Shown: positions 40,750-51,366, counted from the stretch's first letter. The stretch is DNA of 64,000 nt from Candidatus Bathyarchaeota archaeon (GCA_963772455.1 CAVYXJ010000011.1:64001-128000), one strand, 5' to 3'. Program-made: numbers and translations. The notes: generated by a model from the sequence alone, not told the origin.

Positions 40750-41313
40750 ATGAGTGAATCCAAAAAAAATGTTCCAGTTGAATTTAGAACCAACGGTGTG
40801 CTTGCTGAAAAAGGAGTCGTTGTAACCGAGCAAAGCAACATCGACGCGCTAACTTCGCGGGGTTATGGCACGTTAGAAAACAAGGTTTTCACCTTAACAT
40901 TTTACGAGTCACTATACCTTTTAGACAAAAGCATGCTTGAAGTAAAAGACGCAAAAGACAAGCCAGTTGATTTCCAGAGCCTTCTACATTGTTACGAAGT
41001 TCAAAATGAAAATGCGTGGGTAAACTACTTGGTTTACCGTGACTTACGAAGTAGGGGCTACGTAGTTAGAGAAGGATTTGGCGGCGGAATTAACTTTCGC
41101 ATTTATGAACGAGGGACCTACGGTAAAGACACAGCACCCTACCTAGTCTATAGTGCTCAAGAAGGAACACCAATTCCGGTAAATGACCTTGCAACTGCCA
41201 TGCAGCAATGTCAAAACCAAAAGAAAGAACTCACTTTGGCAGTCATGAATCGCAGAGGCGAAATCGTTTACTATTCTGTTTCTCAATTAACCTTCAGCAA
41301 AATTGATGACTGA
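40750..41313 (+). CDS. endA: tRNA-splicing endonuclease subunit (probably the structural subunit)
   Basis: L...E.LYL, Y.VY.DLR.RGY.V..G, AV....G.I.YY; catalytic His not evident. Confidence 0.8.
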   Translation: MSESKKNVPVEFRTNGVLAEKGVVVTEQSNIDALTSRGYGTLENKVFTLTFYESLYLLDKSMLEVKDAKDKPVDFQSLLHCYEVQNENAWVNYLVYRDLRSRGYVVREGFGGGINFRIYERGTYGKDTAPYLVYSAQEGTPIPVNDLATAMQQCQNQKKELTLAVMNRRGEIVYYSVSQLTFSKIDD

Positions 41314-41534
41314 ATTCAAATCCCTGAAGCGAATATTGGATTAAGGTATGATTAGTAAAGGAATTTTTAAAACAAATATCAATGGGCAAAGAAACTCTAA
41401 AAACTTCTTGACTTTTCAGAATAAAAAAACAAATCGCTGAAGATTGATTAAAACAGATTCCAATATGTTTGATAGCTATAGCGAGAGTTTAATAGAATAA
41501 TTGCATCTTTTAGCTTGTTTAGGAGCAAAAATAC

Positions 41535-42809
41535 ATGCCTGCTTTCCAACCTGTGCGCGGAATGAGAGACTTAATCGGAGAAGAAGCTCAAACCTTCACA
41601 CAAATCATAGTTAAAGCGCGAGAAACCGCCATACTTTACGGTTACAAAGAAGTTATAACACCTCATGTTGAGTCTCTTGAATTATTGAGTGCAAAATCAG
41701 GTGAAGAAATCCGGCAACGTATGTTCATCTTCAAAGATCTTGGAGATCGGTTAGTTGCATTACGACCAGAATTTACAGCTTCAATTGCGCGTCTAACTAC
41801 GACCATTCTAAAGAACGAACCTAAACCATTTCGATTATTGTCAGTAGGGACGGTTTATCGGTATGACGAACCTCAAAGAGGACGTTACCGGGAATTTTGG
41901 CAATCAAACTTTGAGTTAATCGGTTCAGCTAAACCCGAAGCAGATGCAGAAATCATTTTATTAACAAATAATTTGATGGGCTCATTGGGATTGCATGGTT
42001 ATGCTTTCAAAATTGGCCATATAGGTGTAATTCGCGGAATTCTTAGCCAAGATGGCGTCGACGAGAAGACCCAGAATGCCGTGTTGCAACGTATGGACAA
42101 AAAAGAATATGATGCAGCACTCAAGCTTTTAGAATCTGATAAATGTCGAAGAATGCTAGAGGGATTGCTGGAAATTAGGGGCAACGATTGGCTTGACACA
42201 GTTGAGCAAATACAAAGTTACGTAGCCAACTATGAAAAAGCAAAGATCGCCGCAGGAAACCTCGCTGAAGTTCTAAAACTTGTAGCTGAAAGTGCAAACG
42301 TAAACATTACAGTTGAACCAGCTTTCGCCAGAGGACTGGAATACTATACCGGAATGATTTTTGAAATTTACATTCCAGGGCTCGATATCGCTTTAGGTGG
42401 CGGGGGGCGATATGACAAACTCGTTGAAGCCTTCGGCGGAGAATCCACACCTGCGGTTGGTTGTGCCCATGGAATTGACAGAGTTGCTATTGCCTTGTTC
42501 ACTCAGAAAACAGCCGTTGCAGTAAAAAAAGAAAAGAAAGTTGTAGTTTTGCCCATCACTGAAGCAATGAAGTCTGAGGCATTAAAGATAGCTCAACAAC
42601 TGCGTGCAAGTGGGGTTACTGTAGAATTTGAGGTCATGGGTAGAAAAATGGCTAAAGCACTTGAAGATGCCGATAAACGCAAAGCAGATTTCGCAGTACT
42701 CGTTGGAGAATTAGAACTCAAAGAAAACGCTGTAGTACTCAAAGACCTCTCTAACAGACAACAGAACATAGTTCCAATCGACAAATTAATTGAAAAAATC
42801 AAGAACTAA
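41535..42809 (+). CDS. hisS: Histidine-tRNA ligase
   Basis: RGMRD, LRPEFTA, RYDEPQRGRYREF.Q, RGLEYYTG, GGGRYD. Confidence 0.97.
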   Translation: MPAFQPVRGMRDLIGEEAQTFTQIIVKARETAILYGYKEVITPHVESLELLSAKSGEEIRQRMFIFKDLGDRLVALRPEFTASIARLTTTILKNEPKPFRLLSVGTVYRYDEPQRGRYREFWQSNFELIGSAKPEADAEIILLTNNLMGSLGLHGYAFKIGHIGVIRGILSQDGVDEKTQNAVLQRMDKKEYDAALKLLESDKCRRMLEGLLEIRGNDWLDTVEQIQSYVANYEKAKIAAGNLAEVLKLVAESANVNITVEPAFARGLEYYTGMIFEIYIPGLDIALGGGGRYDKLVEAFGGESTPAVGCAHGIDRVAIALFTQKTAVAVKKEKKVVVLPITEAMKSEALKIAQQLRASGVTVEFEVMGRKMAKALEDADKRKADFAVLVGELELKENAVVLKDLSNRQQNIVPIDKLIEKIKN

Positions 42810-42850
42810 AAGAAAAATAATTGTTGATCCTCAAAAGAGGCTGATTTATT

Positions 42851-44215
42851 TTAGAGTCGTTTGATGTAGCGGTTGACTTCCCACTCGGTGACTTGTGTGC
42901 GGTATAGATCCCATTCGTTGCGTTTTTCTTTAAGGAAGTTATCGAAGGCAGTTTGACCAAGGGTTTCACGCATTAAGTCACTGGTTTCAAATTCGTCAAG
43001 TGCTTCTTTTAATGATTCTGGCAATGATACTATTCCTCGTGCTTTGCGTTCTTCATATGTCATGTGGTAAACGTTTAGTTCCACTGGGTCGCCTGGGTCA
43101 ATTTTGTTCTTGATTCCATCTAAACCAGTTGCTAAGAGTACTGCGAATTGTAGGTATGGGTTTCCTGCGCCATCTGGGCATCGGATTTCGCATCTTGCTG
43201 CGCCTTTTCGTCCGCCGAAGTTGGGTACTCGAATTAGTGGTGAGCGGTTTTTGTGTGCCCATGCTAAGTAGACTGGGGCTTCGTAGCCTGGGACTAAGCG
43301 TTTGTAGCTGTTTGGCCATGAGTCAAGGACTGCAGCCATTTTTCGTCCGTGGGCTAATTGTCCGCCGATATAGTTTCTTGCAAGGTCAGAGAGGAAGCCG
43401 TTCTTTGCATCATCTGCGTAGAACATGTTTTGTGTTGTGTCTTTGTTCCATAGACTTTGGTGAACGTGCATGCCGCTTCCGTTGATGCCTTGGAAGGGTT
43501 TGGGCATGTATGTAGTTACGTAGCCTGCTCGTGCAGCAACAACTTTTCCGCACATTTTCATTGTTATTGCGCGGTCGGCTGTTTCAAGCGCTTCACCATA
43601 TTTGAAGTCAATCTCGTTTTGTCCTAATGCAACTTCGTGGTGGCTGAGTTCTATTTCTATACCGAATGCTTCGGCTGTGTCAGCTATTTCGCGTCTAAGA
43701 TCGTCAGTCAAATCGCTTGGGTGGAAATCGAAGTATCCTGCTAAGTCGATCGGTGTTGGTAGACCTCCAGTTTCGCTTTCTTTAACTATGAAGAATTCGA
43801 GTTCTGGAGCACATATGAAAGTGTAACCTGCTTTTGCAGCTTTTTCTACTGTTCGTTCAAGAACATACCTTGGATCTCCTTCAAAGCGTTTGTTTTGCGG
43901 AGTGTAAATGTCACAAAGTAGTCTGCATGACGATTTTTCTTTTGGTCTCCAGGGCAATATTGCAAAGGTTGTTGGATCTGGAAATAGAACCATGTCTGAT
44001 TCTTCGATTGGTCTGTAACCAGTAATTGATGATCCGTCGAAGGATTGACCGTTTTCAAAGATAGTTTCCAGGTTTTTTGAGCTAACTGCTATGTTCTTTA
44101 ACATGCCATTTATGTCGGTGAATTGTAGCCTAACGAATTTTATTTCTTGTTCTTGGATTGTTTTGATAACTTTGGATACAGCTTCTTTCCACGCGGGGTT
44201 TTTGAAATTTTTCAT
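42851..44215 (-). CDS. glnA: Glutamine synthetase type I
   Basis: FDGSSI.G, HHEVA.GQ.EI, MPKP..G.NGSGMH.HQS, NSYKRLVPGYEAP. Confidence 0.96.
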   Translation of the reverse strand: MKNFKNPAWKEAVSKVIKTIQEQEIKFVRLQFTDINGMLKNIAVSSKNLETIFENGQSFDGSSITGYRPIEESDMVLFPDPTTFAILPWRPKEKSSCRLLCDIYTPQNKRFEGDPRYVLERTVEKAAKAGYTFICAPELEFFIVKESETGGLPTPIDLAGYFDFHPSDLTDDLRREIADTAEAFGIEIELSHHEVALGQNEIDFKYGEALETADRAITMKMCGKVVAARAGYVTTYMPKPFQGINGSGMHVHQSLWNKDTTQNMFYADDAKNGFLSDLARNYIGGQLAHGRKMAAVLDSWPNSYKRLVPGYEAPVYLAWAHKNRSPLIRVPNFGGRKGAARCEIRCPDGAGNPYLQFAVLLATGLDGIKNKIDPGDPVELNVYHMTYEERKARGIVSLPESLKEALDEFETSDLMRETLGQTAFDNFLKEKRNEWDLYRTQVTEWEVNRYIKRL

Positions 44216-44433
44216 TTTCTCATTCTCCTAGTGAGGTTTTGGCTTTAGTCTCCATATGTTATGGAAATCAGATTAAACGTAAACATATATAAGTTTATCG
44301 CTTGAATAACATCGATAATTGTTCAATATCAGCTTAATTTACTGAAAAATTGTCTGAAAGATTGCGTACTTAATGCTTGGACAAAAATGCCCAAAAAAGA
44401 TTCTTACCTAGTCAAACAACCAAAATTTTGTTA

Positions 44434-44907
44434 TTATCGCTCCCTACGCAGAAAATCGCCTATATCTAAGACGTTTCTAACAACAATTCGATTGTCATTT
44501 GAAGAATCGCGCAGTTTTTCAATAATTCTGCCAAAACCTAAACATTCGCCAAATTCGTTAAACACCAATGTATTCGTATCCTTTTTGCCTGGACCCTGAA
44601 TACGAACAATACTTTTCCGTAAAATGTCTCTACCACAAATAAAAAGCCAAGCGGCTTTCTTTTCTAAGATTATTCTGTTAGCTTCTTTTTTAGCAAGCAT
44701 TGCAAGCAAGTTAAAACTAGGAAAGAATTTTCCTTCTTTAGCCTTCCCCAAAAATACTCCAGCCGAAAAGAAATTTGATCGAACTAACGGTTTCAAAGCT
44801 GGGTTTACAAGATAAAAGCGGCCTGCATTCTCAACAATCAAATCCAAATTTAATGCTATTTGCACTCCAAATTGTGAAGCAAAGTCCGTTATCGCCCTAG
44901 TGTTCAT
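44434..44907 (-). CDS. NIP7-like PUA-domain ribosome biogenesis protein
   Basis: G.FLG, LF..GRDI, V.N...E.LG.G, N..DIGDFLRRE; coupled to the Nop2 gene. Confidence 0.8.
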   Translation of the reverse strand: MNTRAITDFASQFGVQIALNLDLIVENAGRFYLVNPALKPLVRSNFFSAGVFLGKAKEGKFFPSFNLLAMLAKKEANRIILEKKAAWLFICGRDILRKSIVRIQGPGKKDTNTLVFNEFGECLGFGRIIEKLRDSSNDNRIVVRNVLDIGDFLRRER

Positions 44908-45794
44908 TGAAGAGGACTCCGTTTTTTAAATTTACAAATAAAGAAGCCCTGAGTTTCACCAGGCCAGAGTCGCCTGCAACGTTTAATTGAGGGATCCAGT
45001 TGTTTTCCGAAAATGTTGGTTAATCCTTTTTCTCCATTGCAATAGATTTCTTCAACTTGTAAGTTGAGATTCCTTATTGCCCAATCAACGTTCAATTCAT
45101 CCTCTTCAGGTTCAAGAGAACATGTAGAATATACTATTTCACCATCATCGGCCAAGCAATGAACTGCTTCGGTTAGAATTTCCCGCTGTAAACCTGCATT
45201 GCGTTCTACATCTTTTAGTGTTCGATTTGCAAACCAGCTTTTATCTGCAGCAAAATTGCCTGAGCAAGGGGCATCTACCAAAATTCTATCAAATTTTATA
45301 TCCAAAGTAGATGCTTGCCTTGCATCCAACATGTAAACCACGGTGTTACTAACACGGCAACGTTCCAGATGGTTAACTAACGCATTCAACCGCCACTTAT
45401 CCACATCTAAAGCCACAATTCCTCCCAAGTTCTCCATTAGATCCGCTAAATGCACAGTCTTGCCCCCTGGAGCCGCAGCAACATCAAGAATTTTTTTACC
45501 TTTTAAGTGGCTGAACACAGAAACTGGAATTTGGGCAGCTGCTTCTTGAATTGAATACATTCCAAGAAGATATTCGGCGGTTGCTCCTGCGGAAACTTTT
45601 GAATCTTGTACCCAATAACCTGAGTCGAGGAAAGCAATTTTTTGCAGGTGAACTCCTAATTCTGCAAGTCTACTGATGAGTTTTTTTCCTTTTGCGTTAG
45701 TATTGTTGATTCTAATTGCTTGCTTTAAGGTAACTTCTTGGAATTGCCAGCCTAATTGCTCGTAACGATTGATAAAAAATTCTTTTCCCGACAT
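44904..45794 (-). CDS. RsmB/Nop2 RNA m5C methyltransferase
   Basis: AAPGGKT, DAPCSG, YSTCS...EE.E, GFF. Confidence 0.92.
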   Translation of the reverse strand: MSGKEFFINRYEQLGWQFQEVTLKQAIRINNTNAKGKKLISRLAELGVHLQKIAFLDSGYWVQDSKVSAGATAEYLLGMYSIQEAAAQIPVSVFSHLKGKKILDVAAAPGGKTVHLADLMENLGGIVALDVDKWRLNALVNHLERCRVSNTVVYMLDARQASTLDIKFDRILVDAPCSGNFAADKSWFANRTLKDVERNAGLQREILTEAVHCLADDGEIVYSTCSLEPEEDELNVDWAIRNLNLQVEEIYCNGEKGLTNIFGKQLDPSIKRCRRLWPGETQGFFICKFKKRSPLQ

Positions 45795-45913
45795 CAGCCT
45801 TAGATGGATGAATCACTGATAAAAACATTTCAACTTACCAAATGCATTCCATTCTCTCTTTCTTTAAAAACAAATTCACTCAATGGTTACTTGCTAACTT
45901 TTGTATTATTCAA

Positions 45914-46213
45914 TTATATTAAGCGATTTTTTGCTTTTTTCTTTTCGTTTGAAGTCATGACTTTGCTAATTACTAAACCAGCAACTAATATTGCTACGAC
46001 GCCGAATATGCCTGCAAGTAATGTAGAAACGTACTCATTTCCTGTTGAAAAGAATGAATAATCAGCCATAAGTCCGTTCCAGATATTTTGCTGCTCCTGT
46101 GCACCGTAAGTTTCTGTTACTTTTTCAAGTCCATCTGGGTTGCTAGATGCGAACGGAATTAGAACAATAAGAAAAGCTATAATCATAATTGTAGCTATGA
46201 GAAATTTTTTCAT
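45914..46213 (-). CDS. PDGLE-domain Ni/Co ECF component (NikN-like)
   Basis: ASSNPDGLE, DYS, two TMs. Confidence 0.88.
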   Translation of the reverse strand: MKKFLIATIMIIAFLIVLIPFASSNPDGLEKVTETYGAQEQQNIWNGLMADYSFFSTGNEYVSTLLAGIFGVVAILVAGLVISKVMTSNEKKKAKNRLI

Positions 46214-46878
46214 ATTTTATCACTTCTTCCTTTTAACAATGATAGCCCTCCAAGGATTGTTGGATTTAACCGTTGAATAGACGTTATTAAAACGGTTGTT
46301 ATTGCACCTTCACCTACGCCTATTATACCGTGTAGAAGCAGCATAGAAGGTAGGGTAACAGTCAAACCTCCTGAGAATGCTGGAGCAATTTCAAAGCTTG
46401 TGATTATAGCTCCGAGCATAACTGAAATCCATGATGAAATAAAAACGCTTGAGACAAACCATTTTTGGCTACTGTTTTTTCTTGTTAATGCTTTGATTAA
46501 GAAATAACTTAACCCACCAATTATTGCCATGTTAAACATGTTCATACCGAATGCAACGATTCCTCCGTCTGCAAAAAAAAGCGCTTGCATCCCCAAAACT
46601 AAGGTCATGCTTAAAATGGCTGCGTATGGACCTAAAAGCACCGCTAGAAAAGTTCCGCCGACTAAATGTCCGCTTGAGCCGAAGGCTATGGGGAAGTTTA
46701 TCATCTGTGCAGCGAATATGAATGCACTTGAAATTGCCAGCAGAGCTGTGATTGAGCGTGTGTATGTCTGTTGTGCTTTTTTCCAGGACCATATAAGAAT
46801 TCCGATGGATAGAGCCCACATTATGATTGCTAAAATGATTGAGGTGCTGTTGAGGATTAACCCATCAGAGATATGCAT
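46210..46878 (-). CDS. cbiM: Ni/Co ECF S component (CbiM/NikM)
   Basis: MHISDG N-terminus, G.SGH..GG, Q..FF.DGG, H..IG.GEG. Confidence 0.92.
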   Translation of the reverse strand: MHISDGLILNSTSIILAIIMWALSIGILIWSWKKAQQTYTRSITALLAISSAFIFAAQMINFPIAFGSSGHLVGGTFLAVLLGPYAAILSMTLVLGMQALFFADGGIVAFGMNMFNMAIIGGLSYFLIKALTRKNSSQKWFVSSVFISSWISVMLGAIITSFEIAPAFSGGLTVTLPSMLLLHGIIGVGEGAITTVLITSIQRLNPTILGGLSLLKGRSDKI

Positions 46879-46890
46879 CTATCAGCTTCC

Positions 46891-46920
46891 AGTAACACTT
46901 TTTAAGTCAATCGTGCTACT
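46891..46920. promoter_or_regulatory. Putative NikR operator
   Basis: AGTAACAC-N14-GTGCTACT (GTAACA-N16-TGCTAC) between divergent cbiM and nikR. Confidence 0.65.
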
Positions 46921-46970
46921 CTTAATATAAAAGCTTTTAGGCACAATAAACAACTTTTATTCGAGATAAC

Positions 46971-47378
46971 ATGACCAAAATTGTTCGAGTAGGCGTGACA
47001 TTCCCACCTGAACTTCTACAAGACTTCGACGAAATCACCTCTAAAATGGGCTACGACAGCCGCAGCAAAGCCATTCAAGATGCTGTAAGACTTTTCGTTT
47101 CCGAACGCAAATGGGTCAAAGAAGAAGATGCCCAACAAACAGGCGTTTTGCTTATGGTTTACGACCATGACACCAAAGGATTAGAGAGCGACTTAACAGA
47201 AGAGCAGCATCAACATACCGAATTGATTTCCTCAACAATGCACATTCACCTTGGCGAACACGACTGTCTAGAAGTTATAGCTGTAAAAGGCAGAGGTTCA
47301 GAAATCAGGCATTTAAGTGACCATTTGGCCTCAAGAAGAGGAGTAAAAATACTCAAATCAATGATTGTTTCAGTTTAA
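46971..47378 (+). CDS. nikR: Nickel-responsive regulator
   Basis: RHH (R.GV..P..LL..FD, SRS.AI.DA.R), H.H...C.EV. Confidence 0.93.
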   Translation: MTKIVRVGVTFPPELLQDFDEITSKMGYDSRSKAIQDAVRLFVSERKWVKEEDAQQTGVLLMVYDHDTKGLESDLTEEQHQHTELISSTMHIHLGEHDCLEVIAVKGRGSEIRHLSDHLASRRGVKILKSMIVSV

Positions 47379-48286
47379 CATTTTACTGCAAACATTCGTT
47401 CCAACGAGGCACGGGCTTTTTTTGCGACTTCTTCAGGAATTTTGACTATATTCTTTTCTTCTTTAAGGGCATTGTAGAGTTCTTCAAGGGTGGTTAGTTT
47501 CATGTTTGGGCAAATTGCACCTTGATATGCAAGGTAAAAGTTTTTTTGCGGGTTTTCTTTTCGTAATCTATGCAAGATGCCTTCTTCTGTACCTACAATG
47601 AAATCTTTAGCGTTTGATTCTTTGACATATTTACAAATTTTTGATGTGCTGCCAACGAAATCTGCTACTTTGCGCATCTCAGAGGTACATTCGGGGTGAA
47701 CAATTGAAATTGCTCCTGGATGTTGCATTTTTAGAACTTTTACATCTTCGGGTTGGAATAGAATGTGGGTTGGGCAGAATCCGTTTTCAGGGATGGGAAT
47801 TATTTTTTTGCCTGTTTTTTCGCTGACGTATTCTGCGAGGTTTTTATCAGGTCCAAACAGAATTGTGTCGGCGTTAAGTGATTTTACTACTTCTACAGCG
47901 TTAGCACTGGTACAGCATACGTCACATTCAGCTTTACAGGATGCTAATGTATTGACGTATAATACTACTGGCGCATTTGGATACTTTTTCTTTGCACGTC
48001 TTATTTCATCAACTGTTAACATTTGTGCCATTGGACAGCGTGCACCCAAACAGGGTAGAAGAACTTTTTTCGTTGGATTCAAGATGGCAGCTGATTCCGC
48101 CATAAAATCAACCGCACAAAAAACGATGATTTCAGCTTCTTTTTCCTCAGCTGCTTTGCGGCTAAGCTCGATACTATCGCCGACATAATCAGCTATGTCT
48201 TGGATTTCTGGGCGCTGGTAATTATGGGCTAGTATCACGGCTTTCTTTTCTTTTTTGAGTTTTTGGATTTTGTCTGATAAAGTCAT
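47375..48286 (-). CDS. nadA: Quinolinate synthase
   Basis: ILAHNYQ, GDS..L, C.V.FM.E, YVN, CTS.NA, HPEC, C.NMK. Confidence 0.96.
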   Translation of the reverse strand: MTLSDKIQKLKKEKKAVILAHNYQRPEIQDIADYVGDSIELSRKAAEEKEAEIIVFCAVDFMAESAAILNPTKKVLLPCLGARCPMAQMLTVDEIRRAKKKYPNAPVVLYVNTLASCKAECDVCCTSANAVEVVKSLNADTILFGPDKNLAEYVSEKTGKKIIPIPENGFCPTHILFQPEDVKVLKMQHPGAISIVHPECTSEMRKVADFVGSTSKICKYVKESNAKDFIVGTEEGILHRLRKENPQKNFYLAYQGAICPNMKLTTLEELYNALKEEKNIVKIPEEVAKKARASLERMFAVKC

Positions 48287-48696
48287 GTTTTCGCCTGATT
48301 AGGGTTAAACGTGAAAAATAAGAAAGGCAAGTTATTAGATATAATCTTTTACATCGATATTTTGCCTTTGAACATGCAGACCAAACTAAACAAACTATTA
48401 TTCCTCTGAACGTTTAATGCGAGTGTTGCTAAAAGTTTGTTGTAGTTTTATTGCCAATTATCTTATATTGAGTCTGAAAACAATAGTAGTTATCAGGTTG
48501 ATTGGTTTGACAGTTGATGCAAGCAGAACAACAAAGCCAAAGCTGCCTAAAAAAAGGATATTAAAGAAGATAACTCGAAGATAGTCTTTGTTCACTCTTC
48601 GCGGATACTTCATGATTTCTTACTGAAAAGGATAATTCTAGAAAAGTTTTGTTATTAGGATAAAGACAATAAAAAGAAAGATGGTTTTGGGTTAAC

Positions 48697-49239
48697 CTAT
48701 TCTATTTTTGAAGCCAAGTATTTGAGATGGAATGGCTTTATTACTATTCCACCCTTCAGATCGGCGTTAAATGTTTGACTTTCAATTACACAATCTGACA
48801 ATTCTGAATCAAGAGCTCGGATGAATGCGGCAAAGTTTTCAAAGTTTTCATGTAGCGAAATGCAAACAGTATCCCACCCCATGCCCCTGCCGTCTAAAGC
48901 CAGAATCACATTGGCTTGATTTATGAACCATTCTTTCATTTTTGTTAGTGCTTGAGTTTTCTCCTCTCCTGTTGTGCCCTTCAGTTTACTTTTCAAAAAT
49001 GTTATCGCTGCAATATCAAATCCGATTTGACCAAATTTCGGAATTACTGTATAGCCTTCGATAAAGTTTTCTTCAAGCATAGCTCGTCTTCTGGTAACTG
49101 TAGGCTGTGAAACTCCCAAGGCTTTTGCAAGTTGTCTATCGCTTCTATGTGAGTCTTTCATTAGCTCAAACAGAATCTTGTAATCTATTGGTTTCAAATC
49201 TTTCATTACAATCAACTTAACCGATATTTTGTTATCCAA
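48697..49239 (-). CDS. Lrp/AsnC-family transcriptional regulator
   Basis: D.KIL.EL...S.RSDR.LA..LGVSQPTV.RR. Confidence 0.85.
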   Translation of the reverse strand: MDNKISVKLIVMKDLKPIDYKILFELMKDSHRSDRQLAKALGVSQPTVTRRRAMLEENFIEGYTVIPKFGQIGFDIAAITFLKSKLKGTTGEEKTQALTKMKEWFINQANVILALDGRGMGWDTVCISLHENFENFAAFIRALDSELSDCVIESQTFNADLKGGIVIKPFHLKYLASKIE

Positions 49240-49366
49240 TAGATTTTTTGGACATCATATATAAACATCATGTTGAAAAAACAAAAAACCTTCGAGTACA
49301 ACAGTGAAACAATAGGAACTTTTAAGAGAAAAAAACTCGTCTAACCATGCAGGAGCACCCATATTC

Positions 49367-50725
49367 ATGCCCATAATGATGCAAAATGGAATAGAAGAAG
49401 AAATTACACGGTTCTTGAGCGACTTAATTCGTATAAATACAACTAATCCTCCTGGAAAAGAGAGTTCTGCAGCTGCCTTTGTGGCCCAGTATCTCGCTAG
49501 AGAGGGCATTGAATCTGAAATTATTGAGTCAGCGCCGGGGAGAGGTAGCCTTCTTAGTCGGTTGAATGGGTCAGGTGAAAAACCTAACTTGCTGTTGCTT
49601 TCGCACCTTGATGTTGTTGCTGCAAATCCCAATGAATGGTCTGTTGACCCTTTTGGAGGCATAGTAAAAGACGGATACGTCTATGGTAGAGGTGCATATG
49701 ATATGAAAGGTATGACCGCAGTGGAAGTTTTCACATTGCTTTTGCTAAAAAGAAATAATATCTCACTAAAAGGCGACATTGTGCTTGCAGCAACGGCTGA
49801 CGAAGAAAAAGGTGGCGAAGAAGGTGCAGGCTACCTACTTAGTCATTATAAAGAAAAAGTTTGGTGCCCTTATGTCCTTAATGAAGGCGGAGGATTAGCT
49901 ATCCCTCAAAAGAAAGGCAACGTCTATCCCGTGCAAACTGCGGAAAAAGGCATTTTGTGGTTTAAAGTAAAAGCCAAAGGCACTCCAGGGCATGGTTCTA
50001 CTCCAAACACTGCTGACAATGCCATTGTCCGAATGAACAAAGTTATAACTAAACTCGTAGAGTACCAGCATGAAACTGTATATGTGCCAACTCTTAGGCA
50101 GTTTTTGACTGAGATATCAAAAATTAATCCTGACCTTGAAAATAGTTTGTCGCATTTAATGAGCAATCCTAAACAAAGTGAACAAATTCTTGATGAATTA
50201 GCTAAGACAAACAAGGTTTTAGCTGAAGAAATCAGGCCAAGAGCTAAAACAACTATTACCCCAACCATAATTCATGGCGGTGTAAAAGAGAACATCATTC
50301 CTTCTGAATGTGAAGCAGTTTTCGATTGCCGAGTTCTTCCAGGTCAAAGTGTTGTTGAAACACTTGGTTTGATTAAAAACTTACTATTGGATGTCGGAAT
50401 TGATAAGTTAAGTTTTGAAATTATACAGATGCATGATGGCAACGAATCCACTACTCAAACACCTCTCTACAATACCATATCGAGTGTTCTAAAAGAGTTT
50501 GAACCATGCTGCGGAGTAACCCCGACATTAACTACAGGCGGTACCGATTCACGCTTCTTTAGAGAAACAGGAAGTATCTGTTACGGTTTCCACCCAATGC
50601 GGCCAGATGAACCAAACGATCTGCTGGAAAAGCGGATGCATGGGATTGACGAGCGGATAACGATTGAGAATCTTGTTTTTGGAACAAGCATCTTCTATGA
50701 AACAGTGAAACGTTTCATGACTTAG
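49367..50725 (+). CDS. M20-family metallopeptidase
   Basis: SHLDVV, GRGA.DMK, DEE.GG, NEGG, GHGS, GGTD, H..DER. Confidence 0.92.
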   Translation: MPIMMQNGIEEEITRFLSDLIRINTTNPPGKESSAAAFVAQYLAREGIESEIIESAPGRGSLLSRLNGSGEKPNLLLLSHLDVVAANPNEWSVDPFGGIVKDGYVYGRGAYDMKGMTAVEVFTLLLLKRNNISLKGDIVLAATADEEKGGEEGAGYLLSHYKEKVWCPYVLNEGGGLAIPQKKGNVYPVQTAEKGILWFKVKAKGTPGHGSTPNTADNAIVRMNKVITKLVEYQHETVYVPTLRQFLTEISKINPDLENSLSHLMSNPKQSEQILDELAKTNKVLAEEIRPRAKTTITPTIIHGGVKENIIPSECEAVFDCRVLPGQSVVETLGLIKNLLLDVGIDKLSFEIIQMHDGNESTTQTPLYNTISSVLKEFEPCCGVTPTLTTGGTDSRFFRETGSICYGFHPMRPDEPNDLLEKRMHGIDERITIENLVFGTSIFYETVKRFMT

Positions 50726-50823
50726 CTCTGCCACCTATCTTTGTTTTTTTTATCCGTTTAACTTTTATTTCTATTTACCCTTTTCATTGCCAAAGACTCG
50801 TCTGCCATAGAGGAAACCTAAAA

Positions 50824-51366
50824 ATGTTCACTGGACAAGCGTTAGTAAACAAAGAGCCCCCCAACCTCGAAGTGGTAAAAACCGTCGGAGTAATTTCTGA
50901 TACGCACGTGCCCAACAGAGCAAGGTGTATTCCTAAGCGGGTTTTTGAAATCTTTGAAGGCGTCGACTATATCATTCATGCAGGCGATTTAATAGAGTTG
51001 GCAGTGATAGATGAATTGGAGCGAATCGCGCCTGTTTTAGCAGTTCGAGGAAACTCAGATGGCTTTGATGTTACTAATGTATTGCCAAAGCTTAACTCGC
51101 TAAAAGTTTTTGATTGGAAGATCGGCGTCATGCATTATCAAAATATTCTCGATGGATTAGATTCGATGGATGAAATCGCTAATTCAATGGGGTTTGACGT
51201 TTACGTTTATGGACACACACATATTGCTGACATAAAATGGAAAGGCAAAGTCCTTTACATTAACCCAGGTAGCCCAACTGACCCGCCTTCTGTCATGGTT
51301 AAACCTTCGGTTGGATTGTTGAAAATAACCCAAAAAACTATTACACCGCAAATATTCAAGTTTTAA
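50824..51366 (+). CDS. YfcE/MJ0936-type metallophosphoesterase
   Basis: ISDTH, HAGD, VRGN.D, GHTH, NPGS. Confidence 0.92.
   Translation: MFTGQALVNKEPPNLEVVKTVGVISDTHVPNRARCIPKRVFEIFEGVDYIIHAGDLIELAVIDELERIAPVLAVRGNSDGFDVTNVLPKLNSLKVFDWKIGVMHYQNILDGLDSMDEIANSMGFDVYVYGHTHIADIKWKGKVLYINPGSPTDPPSVMVKPSVGLLKITQKTITPQIFKF

Noticed and set aside
48507-48584. 25-aa basic peptide (eL41-like?)
   Set aside because: Too short and no real similarity
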